DNA of 64,000 nucleotides from an uncultured Gemmatimonadales bacterium (lineage in GTDB: Bacteria; Gemmatimonadota; Gemmatimonadetes; Gemmatimonadales; GWC2-71-9), in the NCBI GenBank assembly GCA_963771275.1, contig CAVYSW010000003.1, positions 64,001 to 128,000 on the forward strand, written 5' to 3'. Positions within the stretch are counted from its first letter, which is position 1. Each line of letters starts with the position of its first letter. Made by a program: the position numbers and the translations under genes. Of this stretch, positions 20,642-30,749 are shown one piece after another. The notes beneath the pieces were generated by a model, which saw only the letters and a list, made by a program, of their open reading frames with translations, was not told where the DNA came from and did no database searches.

Positions 20642-22084
20642 ATGCGCTGGACCAGACTGGCATCGATACTGGCATTCGTCGCGGCAGGGGTGGCGTGCTC
20701 CGACGGTAGCGGGCCCCCGGAGGGAATGTCGCGCGCGCGCGTGCTGCTCACGGACGCACCGTTCCCGTTCGACGCGGTGAAGCGGGTGGATGTCTACGTC
20801 GTGAGCGTCGCCGCGGCGACTACGGCCGATACCTCGGGTGGCGCGGAGTGGCTCACCATCGCGGAGCCGCGCCAGCGGTTCAACCTGCTGGCCCTCCAGG
20901 GCGGGCAGGCGACGCTGATCGGGGAGGGCGACGTGCCGGCGGCACAGTACGCCGCGGTCCGGCTGGTGATCGATGTGGACTCCTCGAGCGTCACGCTGTC
21001 CGACGGGACACCCGCGGTCGTGGACTGGCAGGGGACCGGCGAGAAGACCCTGTACGCGCTGGTGGAGCAGCCGCTTGCCCTGTTCGTGCCGGGCACCGAG
21101 ATGGACGTCGTGCTCGACTTCGACGTCGGGCGGAGCTTCGTGGCGCAGTACGGCTTCGCGCTCAACGACCTCCAGTTCCTGTTCATACCATGGATCCGGG
21201 CCGTCAACGAGGCCGGGACGGGCGTGATCGCCGGGACGATTCGCGGCGCCAACGCGCCGAGCGAGGTGCTCGGTCCGGTCCCCACCGCGAGCATCACGGT
21301 GTACCGCTACATCCCGAGCGACTTCGGCCCCGCCATGACCTACGCGGCGTCCACCGGCCGCACCGACGCCCAGGGCCAGTACGCCGTCCACTACCTGGCA
21401 GCGGGCGACTACATCGTGGAGGTGTATCCGCCGAGCGGGTTCGACGCCGGGGTGGCCTACTCCGTCCCGATCACGGTCAACATGGGTGAGACGACCCACC
21501 TCGACCTCACGCTGCCGCAGTCCGGGACGGGCGGCGCCGGGTTGTACGTGTACGGTCCCAACCTCGTTGCGTTGCACGACACCGCGAGCTACTTCGCGAC
21601 CGTGCTCGCGCCGACGGGCGACTCTCTCACGGGCCCCGTCGTGTCGTGGCTCAGCCGGAATCCGGCGGTCGCGACGATCGAGGGCCAAAACAACTCCGCG
21701 CGGCTCGTGGCCGCCGCCCTGGGCACCACGTGGGTGGTCGCCACGTTCGAGGGGCTGGCCGACTCGATGGCCGTGACGGTCGCACAGAGTGACAGCACGG
21801 GCGGCGGCGGCAACGACAACCCGGTGGCGACCATCGAGCTCACGCCCGCCGCGCAGATCGTGAGCGTCGGCGACAGCGCGGGCTTCTGGGCGACGCTGAG
21901 GGACGCGCAGGGAGCGATGCTCTCGGGGCGGACCATCACGTGGGCCGCGACCGACACGACCGTCGCGCGGTTCGAGTTCGTCTGGGGCCAGGCGGTGATC
22001 CTGCGCGCGCTCAAGCACGGGACGATCACCGTCACGGCCACGAGCGAGGGGAAATCGGGATCGGGGACGGTAACGGTGCAGTGA
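20642..22084 (+). CDS. DUF4382-domain lipoprotein with Ig-like domains
   Basis: Lipobox VAC, VLLTDAP, LDFDVGRSF, C-terminal Big_2-like repeats (G..TITVTATSEGKSG). Confidence 0.85.
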   Translation: MRWTRLASILAFVAAGVACSDGSGPPEGMSRARVLLTDAPFPFDAVKRVDVYVVSVAAATTADTSGGAEWLTIAEPRQRFNLLALQGGQATLIGEGDVPAAQYAAVRLVIDVDSSSVTLSDGTPAVVDWQGTGEKTLYALVEQPLALFVPGTEMDVVLDFDVGRSFVAQYGFALNDLQFLFIPWIRAVNEAGTGVIAGTIRGANAPSEVLGPVPTASITVYRYIPSDFGPAMTYAASTGRTDAQGQYAVHYLAAGDYIVEVYPPSGFDAGVAYSVPITVNMGETTHLDLTLPQSGTGGAGLYVYGPNLVALHDTASYFATVLAPTGDSLTGPVVSWLSRNPAVATIEGQNNSARLVAAALGTTWVVATFEGLADSMAVTVAQSDSTGGGGNDNPVATIELTPAAQIVSVGDSAGFWATLRDAQGAMLSGRTITWAATDTTVARFEFVWGQAVILRALKHGTITVTATSEGKSGSGTVTVQ

Positions 22085-22092
22085 GTCGAGCG

Positions 22093-22156
22093 TGAAAAGT
22101 GAAAAGTGAAAAGGGGTGGCAGCGTCACGCCCTCTTCACTTTTCACTTTTCACTCA
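22093..22156. repeat. inverted heptamer arrays (GTGAAAA)n / (TTTTCAC)n between convergent genes
   Basis: gtgaaaagtgaaaagtgaaaagggg...ctcttcacttttcacttttcac; same unit at about 20-33. Confidence 0.85.
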
Positions 22157-23443
22157 GTGCCGTCCTGCCCGAATCGTCTCCAATCCGTGCGCATGCGGGC
22201 CGGTCTCGGACCGGCGCAGCAGGAACGCGAACAGGAACCCGAGGAAGCCGAGGCTCGAGAAGATCCACATGCCGAGGCTGTACCCGCCCGGGTTCGCGGC
22301 GCTCGCGCCGGCGTGGTCGTTGGCCCAGCCGATCAGGAGGTTGAAGCCAAAGAGCCCGATGTTCTGGATCATCGTCATCAGCCCGTAGGCCGTGCCGAGC
22401 TTCTGCTCGTCCACGATGTAGGCGACCGACGGCCACATCACGGCGGGAATCAGGGAGAACGCGATCCCCATCATCGCCATCGGGACGAGCAGCGGGACGT
22501 GGGTGTAGGCCATCATGAGGTAGACCGGCACGAGCAGCAGCGAGCCCCACATCATGAACTGCGCGCGGCGCCCCACCCGGTCCACCAGCAGCCCGCACAG
22601 CGGGGTGAAGACCATGGCGAACGCGGTGAGCAGGCTCGAGAGAAATCCGCCGAACTCGCGCGTCGTGCCGTGCGCCTCCTGGAAGAACTTCACGGCGAAG
22701 GTCTGGAACGGGAAGATGCCGGAGTAGAACGTCACGCACAGCAGCACCACGAACCAGAACGACGTGCCGAATCGGAACAGGTCGCCCCACGCGACCTTGT
22801 CGGTCGGCTTCTCCTGGCCCATCTCGTAGGCGCGCGCCGCGCGACTCTCCATGATCCAGTAGAGCACCGCGCCGACGACGCAGAACGTCCCGAGCGCCGT
22901 GGCGATCAGGAGCGGCGTCTGCCAGCTGGCGAAGGCGGACTTGGCCCACGTCGGTGAGTTGAGCGCCGCGAACGACCCCAATCGCGCGATGGTGAGATTG
23001 ACGCCGAACGCGAAGGAGAGCTCCTTCCCCTTGAACCACTTGGCGATCGCCGTCGTGACCGAGACGATCAGCGACTCGGCGCCGATCCCGAACACCAGCC
23101 GGCCGGTGGCCATCACGGCGAGCACGCCGGAGGACGAGGTGATCGCCGCGCCCGCCAGACACAGCACGCCGAAGAGCAGCGTCGCCTTCTTGACGCCGAT
23201 CCGGTCGATCACGATGCCGCCGATCAGCACCATGATGATGTTCGGGAAGCTATAGATCGCGTTGAGCCAGCCGATCTGGGAATCCGAGAAGCCGAGCTGC
23301 GCCTTCAGCAGGTCGGCGATCGGGCTCACCGCGTCGTACACGTAGTAGTTCCCGAACATCGCCAGGCTGATGACGATCAGCACGGCCCAGCGATAGAACA
23401 CCGGCGGCGGTGGGCGAACGGCGGCGGTCTGCGGAGCGATCAT
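22154..23443 (-). CDS. MFS transporter (MFSD1-like)
   Basis: About 12 TM segments, GNYYVYD, GIVIDRIG, GRLVFGIGAES..WFKGKEL. Confidence 0.9.
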   Translation of the reverse strand: MIAPQTAAVRPPPPVFYRWAVLIVISLAMFGNYYVYDAVSPIADLLKAQLGFSDSQIGWLNAIYSFPNIIMVLIGGIVIDRIGVKKATLLFGVLCLAGAAITSSSGVLAVMATGRLVFGIGAESLIVSVTTAIAKWFKGKELSFAFGVNLTIARLGSFAALNSPTWAKSAFASWQTPLLIATALGTFCVVGAVLYWIMESRAARAYEMGQEKPTDKVAWGDLFRFGTSFWFVVLLCVTFYSGIFPFQTFAVKFFQEAHGTTREFGGFLSSLLTAFAMVFTPLCGLLVDRVGRRAQFMMWGSLLLVPVYLMMAYTHVPLLVPMAMMGIAFSLIPAVMWPSVAYIVDEQKLGTAYGLMTMIQNIGLFGFNLLIGWANDHAGASAANPGGYSLGMWIFSSLGFLGFLFAFLLRRSETGPHAHGLETIRAGRH

Positions 23444-23581
23444 GGACGAGGGGTTCACCTGGCGGAGGGTCGGGTGCGGGCCCCGCGGAGCGCGGGCCGT
23501 CCGAAAGATGACGCGGGAGGCTGGGGTGTCCAGAGCCGGGGCGGCCGCGCTAGCTTCCGACCCCAACCGGAGCGACCGCCG

Positions 23582-24031
23582 ATGCCCACCGTACCCCTGA
23601 AGCGCCTCGATCCCGCGGGTCGCCTGCCGGCTCGCGCGACGTCCGGCTCGTTCGGCTACGACCTCGCGACCGTGCAGGAGGAGCGCATCGCCCCACGCGA
23701 GACGCGCGTGCTGCCGGCCGGGTTCCAGCTCGCGGCCGACCTGCCGCACGACCGAGCCCGCGGGCTCGCAATGCTCATCCTGCCACGCTCGAGCCTGCCG
23801 CTCAAGCACGGATTGATCCTCCCCAACGCGCCGGGGCTGATCGACGCCGATTATGCCGGCCCGCTGGGGATCATCGTGCACAACCTGCGGGACGAGGCGG
23901 TGACGCTGGCGGCGGGCACGCGCATCGCGCAGGCGGTGTTCGTGGAGCTCAGGTTTCCGGCGATCGCGGAAGTGGAGCGCGCCGACGAGCGCCGTACCCG
24001 GGGCGGGTTCGGCTCGACGGGTCACGCGTGA
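23582..24031 (+). CDS. dut: dUTP diphosphatase
   Basis: GYDL, PRSSL, GLIDADYAG, RIAQAV, RGGFGSTG. Confidence 0.93.
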   Translation: MPTVPLKRLDPAGRLPARATSGSFGYDLATVQEERIAPRETRVLPAGFQLAADLPHDRARGLAMLILPRSSLPLKHGLILPNAPGLIDADYAGPLGIIVHNLRDEAVTLAAGTRIAQAVFVELRFPAIAEVERADERRTRGGFGSTGHA

Positions 24032-25239
24032 GCGGCGACGCCGATCGCGCCGCGCGACGCGCGCGGCTCCGCGTGCTGGTCGGCGCGGCATTCCTCATGG
24101 CGACGTCGGCGGTGGGGCCCGGGTTCCTCACCCAGACGGTCGTGTTCACCGAGCGGCTGGGGGCGAGCTTCGGGTTCGCGATCCTGGTCTCGGTGCTGTT
24201 CGATCTCGGGGCGCAGCTCAACATCTGGCGGGTGCTGATCGCCGCCCGCGCGCCGGCGCAAACCGTCGCGAACCGGTTGCTCCCGGGCCTCGGGCACGCG
24301 CTGAGCGTGCTGGTGGCCCTGGGCGGCCTCGCCTTCAACATCGGGAACGTGGCCGGCGCGGGGCTCGGCCTGAACGCGATGCTCGGGCTCCCCGTCGCGG
24401 CGGGCGCCGCGCTCAGCGCCGCGCTCGCGATCGGACTGTTCCTGCTGCGCGAAGCCGGCCGGGCGATGGACCGGTTCGCGCAGGTGATGGGCGGCGTGAT
24501 GATCGTCCTCGCCTGCTACGTCGCCGTCGTCTCGGGCCCGCCGCTCGCCGAGGCGGCGCTCCGCACGCTCGCGCCCGCCCGGCTCGACGTGCTCGCGGTC
24601 GTGACCATCGTCGGCGGGACGGTCGGCGGGTACATCACGTTCGCCGGGGCCCACCGGCTGCTCGACGCGGGGATCGCAGGGCCGGACGCCGTCGGGCGCG
24701 CGACCCGCTCGGCGGGACTCGGCATTGGCGTCGCGAGCGTGCTCCGCATCGTGCTGTTCCTCGCCGCCCTCGGGATCGTCTCACAGGGCCTGGCCCTCGA
24801 CCCGGCCAACCCGCCCGCGTCGGTGTTCCGCCTCGCCGCCGGCGAGGCGGGCTACCGGATCTTCGGCGTGGTGATGTGGGCCGCGGCCATGACCTCGGTG
24901 GTGGGATCGGCCTATACGTCCGTCTCGTTCATCCGCACCGTCCGGCCGGCCTGGGAGCGGCGCCGCGCCACGCTGATCATCGGCTTCATCGTGATCTCGA
25001 CCGCGATCTTCCTCGCCGTGGGCCGGCCGGTGGCCGTGCTGATCGCGGTCGGCGCGATCAACGGGTTGATCCTGCCGATCGGCCTCGCGGCGATGCTGAT
25101 CGCCTCCCGCAAGACCACGCTGCTCAATGGCTACGTGCACTCCCCGGCGCTCACCGCGGCGGGCGCGGTCGTGGCGCTCGCCATGGCCGGCCTGGGGATC
25201 TACACGGTTGTCACGGAAATCCCGAAGCTGATGCGGTGA
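24028..25239 (+). CDS. NRAMP-like transporter (YcsG type)
   Basis: AFLMATSAVGPGFLTQT, GGTVGGYITFAGAHRL, TSVVGSAYTS. Confidence 0.88.
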   Translation: MSGDADRAARRARLRVLVGAAFLMATSAVGPGFLTQTVVFTERLGASFGFAILVSVLFDLGAQLNIWRVLIAARAPAQTVANRLLPGLGHALSVLVALGGLAFNIGNVAGAGLGLNAMLGLPVAAGAALSAALAIGLFLLREAGRAMDRFAQVMGGVMIVLACYVAVVSGPPLAEAALRTLAPARLDVLAVVTIVGGTVGGYITFAGAHRLLDAGIAGPDAVGRATRSAGLGIGVASVLRIVLFLAALGIVSQGLALDPANPPASVFRLAAGEAGYRIFGVVMWAAAMTSVVGSAYTSVSFIRTVRPAWERRRATLIIGFIVISTAIFLAVGRPVAVLIAVGAINGLILPIGLAAMLIASRKTTLLNGYVHSPALTAAGAVVALAMAGLGIYTVVTEIPKLMR

Positions 25240-25285
25240 GGGAGGCAGCGGGTAGCGTGCCGCGTGTGGGGGGGCGTGCAGCGGG

Positions 25286-27148
25286 TTACAGGTCGCGGGG
25301 ACTGCCGCCGGGTGCGTGGGGCACGGCGAGGCGCTCCTCTTCCGCAGTCCTGGTCGGGTCCTCACCCGGATTGATGAACAGATCCTCCTCGACCTGGTGC
25401 TGCCGGTCGTGCAGCTGCTTGTAGCGGCCGCCTTGCGCCATCAGCTCGGCGTGGGTGCCACGCTCGATGATCTGCCCCTGCTCCAGCACAAGGATCTGGC
25501 CGGCGCTCCGGATCGTCGAGAGCCGGTGGGCGATGACGAAGGTCGTCCGGCCCCGGCGCAGCGTGCGGAGCCCGTCACGGATCAGCGCCTCGCTTTCGCT
25601 GTCGAGGCTGGAGGTCGCCTCATCGAGGATCAGGATCCGCGGGTCGGCCAGGATGGCCCGCGCGATCGCGATCCGCTGGCGCTGGCCGCCGGACAGCTTC
25701 ACGCCGCGCTCCCCCACCACGGTGTCATAGCCGTCCCCGAATTCCATGACGAACTCGTGCGCGTGCGCGATCCGCGCCACGCGCTCGATCTCCTGGCGGC
25801 TCGCGTGCGGCCGCGCGAACGCGATGTTCTCCGCGATCGTGCCGTCGAACAGGAAGTTCTCCTGCAGCACCACGCCGAGGTAGCGGCGGTAGTCGTGCAG
25901 CCGCAGGCGCGCGAGGTCGTGCCCGTCCACCAGGATCCGGCCGGCGTCGGGCCGGTTGAACCCCATCACCAGCGAGATCAGCGTGCTCTTCCCCGAGCCA
26001 CTCGAGCCGACGAGCGCCGTGGTCGTCCCGGGCGCCGACCGGAACGACACGCCGCGCAGCACGGGCACGCCCGGCACGTAGGAGAACGTCACATCGTCGA
26101 CGACGATCTCCCCCTCCACGTCGCCGAGCCCCGGCTTGTCGCGGTCCTCGTCGCTCTCGGTGGCCATGCGCCGCAGCTCGCGGATCCGGTCGAGCCCGGC
26201 GAACGCCTCGGAGAACTGGGTGCCGATCTCGGCGATCTCGACCAGCGGGAACGCGACCAGTCCCGTGAACAGCACGTAGCGCAGGAGATCCCCGAGGGTC
26301 ATCGACTGCGCGAGGACGGCGCGCCCACCCACCAGGATCATCACGACGCCGATCGCGCCGATCACGACCGTGGTGAACGCGGTGAGCCCGGAGACGCCGG
26401 TGATGGTGGCCGCGATGTTGCGGAACAGCCGGTGCACGCCCTTGGCGAAGACCGCCCGCTCGGACCGCTCCGCGACGTACGCCTTCACCACGCGGATCCC
26501 GCCAAGCGACTCGGCGAGCCGGCCGGTGACGTCGGCGTTGATCTTGCTCCGCTCGCGGAAGATCGGCCGCAGCTTGCGGAACGCATAGGCCATGGCTCCC
26601 GCGAACACGCTGAGCACGGCGAGCATCATCAGCGTGAGATGCCAGTTCGTCAGGAAGAGCACCACCAGGGCGATGCTCGCCGTGACGAGTCCGCCGGTGA
26701 GACGCACCAACCCGGTCCCCACGAGGTTCCGGATCCCCTCCGCATCGGTCATGATGCGGGAGATCAGCACGCCCGTCTTGGTCGAGTCGAAGAACCGCAC
26801 CGGCAGCCGCTCCACGTGCGCCTGCACGGATTTCCGCATGTCGGCGATCGCGCGCTGCGCCGCGACGCCCAACGTCTGCGACAGCGCGAACGACGTCGCC
26901 GCCTGCACCAGCGTCGCCACACCCACCGCGGCCGCGATCGGCACCAGGAGGTCGACGCGGGACTTCCCGATGACGTCGTCCACCAGATACTTGGACGAGC
27001 CCGGCAGGACCAACCCCGCGAGTCGGTTGATCAGCATCAGCCCGAGTCCGACGGCGAGCCGCGGCCGGTGCGCCCACACCAGCTCGCGCGCCTCCTGCCA
27101 CACTGTCTTGAGCGGCAGCCGCCGCTTCGCGTCCTTCTCCTCGGTCAT
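25286..27148 (-). CDS. ABC exporter, fused permease/ATP-binding protein
   Basis: TM domain, GSSGSGKS, LSGGQRQR, ILDEATSSLD. Confidence 0.95.
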   Translation of the reverse strand: MTEEKDAKRRLPLKTVWQEARELVWAHRPRLAVGLGLMLINRLAGLVLPGSSKYLVDDVIGKSRVDLLVPIAAAVGVATLVQAATSFALSQTLGVAAQRAIADMRKSVQAHVERLPVRFFDSTKTGVLISRIMTDAEGIRNLVGTGLVRLTGGLVTASIALVVLFLTNWHLTLMMLAVLSVFAGAMAYAFRKLRPIFRERSKINADVTGRLAESLGGIRVVKAYVAERSERAVFAKGVHRLFRNIAATITGVSGLTAFTTVVIGAIGVVMILVGGRAVLAQSMTLGDLLRYVLFTGLVAFPLVEIAEIGTQFSEAFAGLDRIRELRRMATESDEDRDKPGLGDVEGEIVVDDVTFSYVPGVPVLRGVSFRSAPGTTTALVGSSGSGKSTLISLVMGFNRPDAGRILVDGHDLARLRLHDYRRYLGVVLQENFLFDGTIAENIAFARPHASRQEIERVARIAHAHEFVMEFGDGYDTVVGERGVKLSGGQRQRIAIARAILADPRILILDEATSSLDSESEALIRDGLRTLRRGRTTFVIAHRLSTIRSAGQILVLEQGQIIERGTHAELMAQGGRYKQLHDRQHQVEEDLFINPGEDPTRTAEEERLAVPHAPGGSPRDL

Positions 27149-27201
27149 GCCGACCTGCGACTCCGCGCTGGGGGAGCATGCAATCTAGCGGATGTGGCCC
27201 G

Positions 27202-27283
27202 GCGGTTGGCAGTTCGCGGTTGGCGGAGGGCGGTTGGCGGTTGGCGGTTGAGCATTGGCATTGGACAATGGACATTGGACATT
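27202..27283 (+). repeat. adjacent heptamer arrays (GCGGTTG)n and (GACATTG)n
   Basis: gcggttggcagttcgcggttggcggagggcggttggcggttggcggttg, then cattggacaatggacattggacattg. Confidence 0.8.
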
Positions 27284-27303
27284 GCGCCGGTATCTTCTCG
27301 CCC

Positions 27304-27969
27304 ATGTCGTACGCGCTGATGAGCGGCACGGGAAAGGACTCGACGCTGGCGCTCGACCGCGCGCGTCGCCAGGGCCTCGACGTGCGCTGGCTCGCGAGCA
27401 TCTACGACGGGACGATCGGGCGGGTGCGGTTTCACGGCGTGCGGCACGAGCTGATCACGGCCCAGGCCCGCGCCCTCGAGCTGGAGCCCGTCCTCTACGC
27501 CACGCACCCCGCGCCGTTCGAGCCGGTGCTGATGCGCCTGTTGCAGGAGCTCAAGCGCCGCGGCTGCCGCGGGCTGATCTTCGGCAACATCGCCCTCGCG
27601 GATGTGCGGGAGTGGTGGGAGCAGCGGGTCACGGCCGCGGGCCTCGAGCACGTCGAGCTGCTGTGGGGCGAGCCGTCGATCGAGGTCGCGCATGAGGTCG
27701 TCGAGCGCGGCTATCACGCCTTGGTCGTGAGCGTGAACCTCGCGATGCGCGCGGCCCCGTTCCTCGGCCGCGAGCTGGACGCCGATCTGCTCACCGAGCT
27801 CGGGATCACGGACGACCTCGATCCCTCCGGCGAGCGCGGCGAGTTCCATACGTTCGCGTACGATGGCCCGGAGTTCCGCCACCCGATCGCGTTCCGGATC
27901 GGCGAGACCATGGAGCTGGAGGGCCACCGCTTCCTGGATCTCGTGCCGATCGACGAGTCCGCGCTGTAG
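27304..27969 (+). CDS. PP-loop ATPase, diphthine-ammonia ligase-like (MJ0570 family)
   Basis: SGTGKDS, FGNI, FLGREL, DPSGERGEFHTFAYDGP. Confidence 0.88.
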   Translation: MSYALMSGTGKDSTLALDRARRQGLDVRWLASIYDGTIGRVRFHGVRHELITAQARALELEPVLYATHPAPFEPVLMRLLQELKRRGCRGLIFGNIALADVREWWEQRVTAAGLEHVELLWGEPSIEVAHEVVERGYHALVVSVNLAMRAAPFLGRELDADLLTELGITDDLDPSGERGEFHTFAYDGPEFRHPIAFRIGETMELEGHRFLDLVPIDESAL

Positions 27970-28027
27970 CAAGCTCAGGTCCGGTCGCGACGCGGCCGCC
28001 GGGCTCACGCGACGTGAGTCGGTCCGC

Positions 28028-28804
28028 CTAGATGCCGAGCGCGTCCGGCAGATCGGCCACCGAGTCCAGCACGAGATCGGGCGGTACCGCGATGCGGGTC
28101 TCGTCACCGGCGCGGTACTTCCCGGTCCGCACCAGCGCCGCCGCGCAGCCCGCCTCCCGCGCTCCCGCCACGTCGCTCGCGGCGTCGTCGCCCACCATCA
28201 GCACCCCCGCCGGCGTGAGGTCGAGCGAGCGCGCGGCCGCGACGAAGAACGTCGGGCTCGGCTTGCCGGTGAGCGTCGCGGTGACGCCGGTCGCGAACTC
28301 GAGCGCCGCCACGAACGCGCCCGCGTCGAGCGTGAGCCCGTCGGCCGTCAGCCAGTAGCGACCCTTCTGCACCGCGACGAGCCGCGCGCCCTCGAGCACC
28401 CAGCGGAACGCCCGATTGAGCCGGTCGAACGTCCAGCCGGCGCCAAGGTCTCCCACGACCACGGCCTCCGGCCGCTCGTCCACAATCGTGAACGCCGTGA
28501 AGTCCTCGTGCGTGACGTCGGGGAGACAGAGGGCCACGCGACGCACGCCCTCGGCCTCGAGCCACGCAGCCGCGGCCGCGGGCGCGGAGATCACCTCATC
28601 GACGGACGCCGCGATCCCGGCCGCCCCGAGCTGCTCCACCAGCGCGCGGCGCGGCATGCGCGTGATGTTGGTGCAGAACCGGACGCGGAGCTCGGCGCCC
28701 CGCAGCCGCGCCACCGCGTCGGCGGCGCCGGCGATCGGTCGGTCGTCTTCCCAGAGCGTGCCATCGAGATCGAGCAGCACGCCACGTGGCCGAATCAAGC
28801 TCAC
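28028..28804 (-). CDS. HAD-IIA hydrolase (LHPP-like)
   Basis: DLDGTL, CTN, GKPSPTFF, MVGDD..SDVAGA, VRTGKYR. Confidence 0.9.
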   Translation of the reverse strand: MSLIRPRGVLLDLDGTLWEDDRPIAGAADAVARLRGAELRVRFCTNITRMPRRALVEQLGAAGIAASVDEVISAPAAAAAWLEAEGVRRVALCLPDVTHEDFTAFTIVDERPEAVVVGDLGAGWTFDRLNRAFRWVLEGARLVAVQKGRYWLTADGLTLDAGAFVAALEFATGVTATLTGKPSPTFFVAAARSLDLTPAGVLMVGDDAASDVAGAREAGCAAALVRTGKYRAGDETRIAVPPDLVLDSVADLPDALGI

Positions 28805-29398
28805 GCCGGTACCACCTTCGCTTCGAGCGCGTCGAGCGCGTCGATGCAGTCGTTCCCGAAGTAGTAGCGCAGCTCGTCCCGCACGCCGCGATACAGCGTC
28901 GGGCCCTGCCCCGCGCACACCAGCTCGCCGTCGAGGATCTCGTCCGCGGGGCCGAGCAGGCCGTCGCCGAAGGTGAGCGGGAAGAGGCAGTCGACCATCG
29001 ACTTGACCTCGTGATAGTCCATGCCGCGCTCCAGCGCGAACGCGTGCAGCAGGCAGCCGCGGCCGTCACGTCGGAGAAAGACGCAGTGGCCATCCTCGAC
29101 CCGCGTGCGCCGCACGCCGCCGCCCGGCATCTCGGAATCCGCTCGATCTCGGGCTCGAACCACCGCGCGCGCGGGATGCCCACATAGCGCTCCAGCGCGT
29201 CCGCGTGGCGCTGGATCGCGTGCGAACCGCGTCGAGCTCGACGTCCACCCCGAACTGGCAGCACCAGTCGTGGCAGAAGCCGCACTGCAGGCAGTGCGTG
29301 AAATAGCGCAGCGTGAAGATCCGCCGGTCCACGCGCGCGATGCTGGGGACGCCGTCGCGGGACGGGAAGGCGCGGGGAAGGCGGAGGGCGCGAGGCAT
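28801..29398 (-). CDS. Cys-cluster protein (DUF3109/YkgJ-like), two apparent frameshifts
   Basis: CLQCGFCHDWCC N-terminus; CVFL..GCLLH..KSMVDCLFP C-terminus in another frame; shifts near 29225 and 29140. Confidence 0.7.
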
Positions 29399-29520
29399 GG
29401 CGAAGAAAAGTGAGAAGTGAAGAGGGAAAAGGGAATGGGTCGGTTCGCCTTGCCGGTAACGGCGGGGTACAATTCGGTCGACCGAACCGATCCTCCCAGT
29501 CGGGCGCCGGAGCCCATGTC

Positions 29521-30714
29521 ATGATGCTCGCGCTCCTTCTCGTTGCTCACGGCCTGTCCGGACAAGGACAGCAGGACTCCCTCACGCTCGACTTTGCGCT
29601 CGCGCTGGCGCGGGCGCACCGCGGACAGGTGGCGGTGGCCGCGGCGGTGGTGGCCGCCGCCCGCGCCGATCGGCGAGCGATGCTGACGCTCCCCAACCCG
29701 ATCGCCACATACACCTACACCGGTGATGCACCGCGCCAACACGCCACGGTCGATCAGCCGCTGGACTGGCTGCTGCGGCGCGGCAGCGACGGGGCCGCGG
29801 GACGCGCCGGGGTCGGCATGGCACTCGCGGACTCCACGCGGCTGCTGGCGGAGGTAGCGCGCGAGGCCCGGAGCGCGTTCTACGCGGCCCTCGGCACCTC
29901 ACGCCGGCTGGCGCTCGCCGAGGACGAGGCGGCGCTCGCCGACTCGCTGGCGGGCATCGCGGCGCGGCGGCGGGCGGCGGGCGAGATCTCCGAGCTGGAG
30001 CAGGCGCAGGCGGCCCTCGAGGCCGCGCGCGCGCGGCAGCTCGTCTCCGCGAGCCGCGAGGACCACCTGCTCGCGGTCGCCGAGCTGGGCCGGGCGCTCG
30101 GCGTGCCGCCCGAAACGCTGGCCGCGCCCGGAGGTGCGCTCGACGGGGAGTTGTCCGCGCCGGCCCCCACGGCACCGCTGGTGGACGCGCTCCCCATGGT
30201 GATGGCGGCGCGCGCCGACTCGACGAGGGCGCGTGCCCTATACCATGCCGCCCAGTGGAGCCGCATGCCGTTCCCGTCGGTGCAGGCCGGGGTCGAGTGG
30301 AACGACCCCGCCAATCCGACCGCGGGCTCCACCATCCTGCTCGGCCTGTCGCTGCCGCTCCCGCTGTGGCAGAGCGGCGGCGCGCCGGCCGCCGCCGCGC
30401 GGGCGCGCGCCGACCAGGCGGCGGCACAGCTCCGCGAGGTGCGGGCCGATGCCGCGCGGCTCCTCGCACAGGCGGCCACGCGCGTGCGGGAGACGGCGCG
30501 ACGCGCCCTCGTGGCGCGCGATTCCATTCTCCCGCTCGCCACGCGGCAGCGGGAGCTCGCGCTCGTCGCGTACACGGCCGGCGAGACCGGGATCGTGCCC
30601 GTGCTCGACGCGCTCCGGGCGGAGCGCGAGGTGGTGCGCGACCTCGTAAACGACCTCGTGGCCTACCAGAGTGCCCGCGCGGATTGGCTGGCGCTGATCG
30701 GCACGAGCGAATGA
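29521..30714 (+). CDS. TolC family outer-membrane efflux protein
   Basis: OEP helical repeats, GLSLPLPLW, YTAGE...VLDA. Confidence 0.85.
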   Translation: MMLALLLVAHGLSGQGQQDSLTLDFALALARAHRGQVAVAAAVVAAARADRRAMLTLPNPIATYTYTGDAPRQHATVDQPLDWLLRRGSDGAAGRAGVGMALADSTRLLAEVAREARSAFYAALGTSRRLALAEDEAALADSLAGIAARRRAAGEISELEQAQAALEAARARQLVSASREDHLLAVAELGRALGVPPETLAAPGGALDGELSAPAPTAPLVDALPMVMAARADSTRARALYHAAQWSRMPFPSVQAGVEWNDPANPTAGSTILLGLSLPLPLWQSGGAPAAAARARADQAAAQLREVRADAARLLAQAATRVRETARRALVARDSILPLATRQRELALVAYTAGETGIVPVLDALRAEREVVRDLVNDLVAYQSARADWLALIGTSE

Positions 30715-30749
30715 TCGGACACTCGACTACGGGAAAGTGGAGTTGAGCG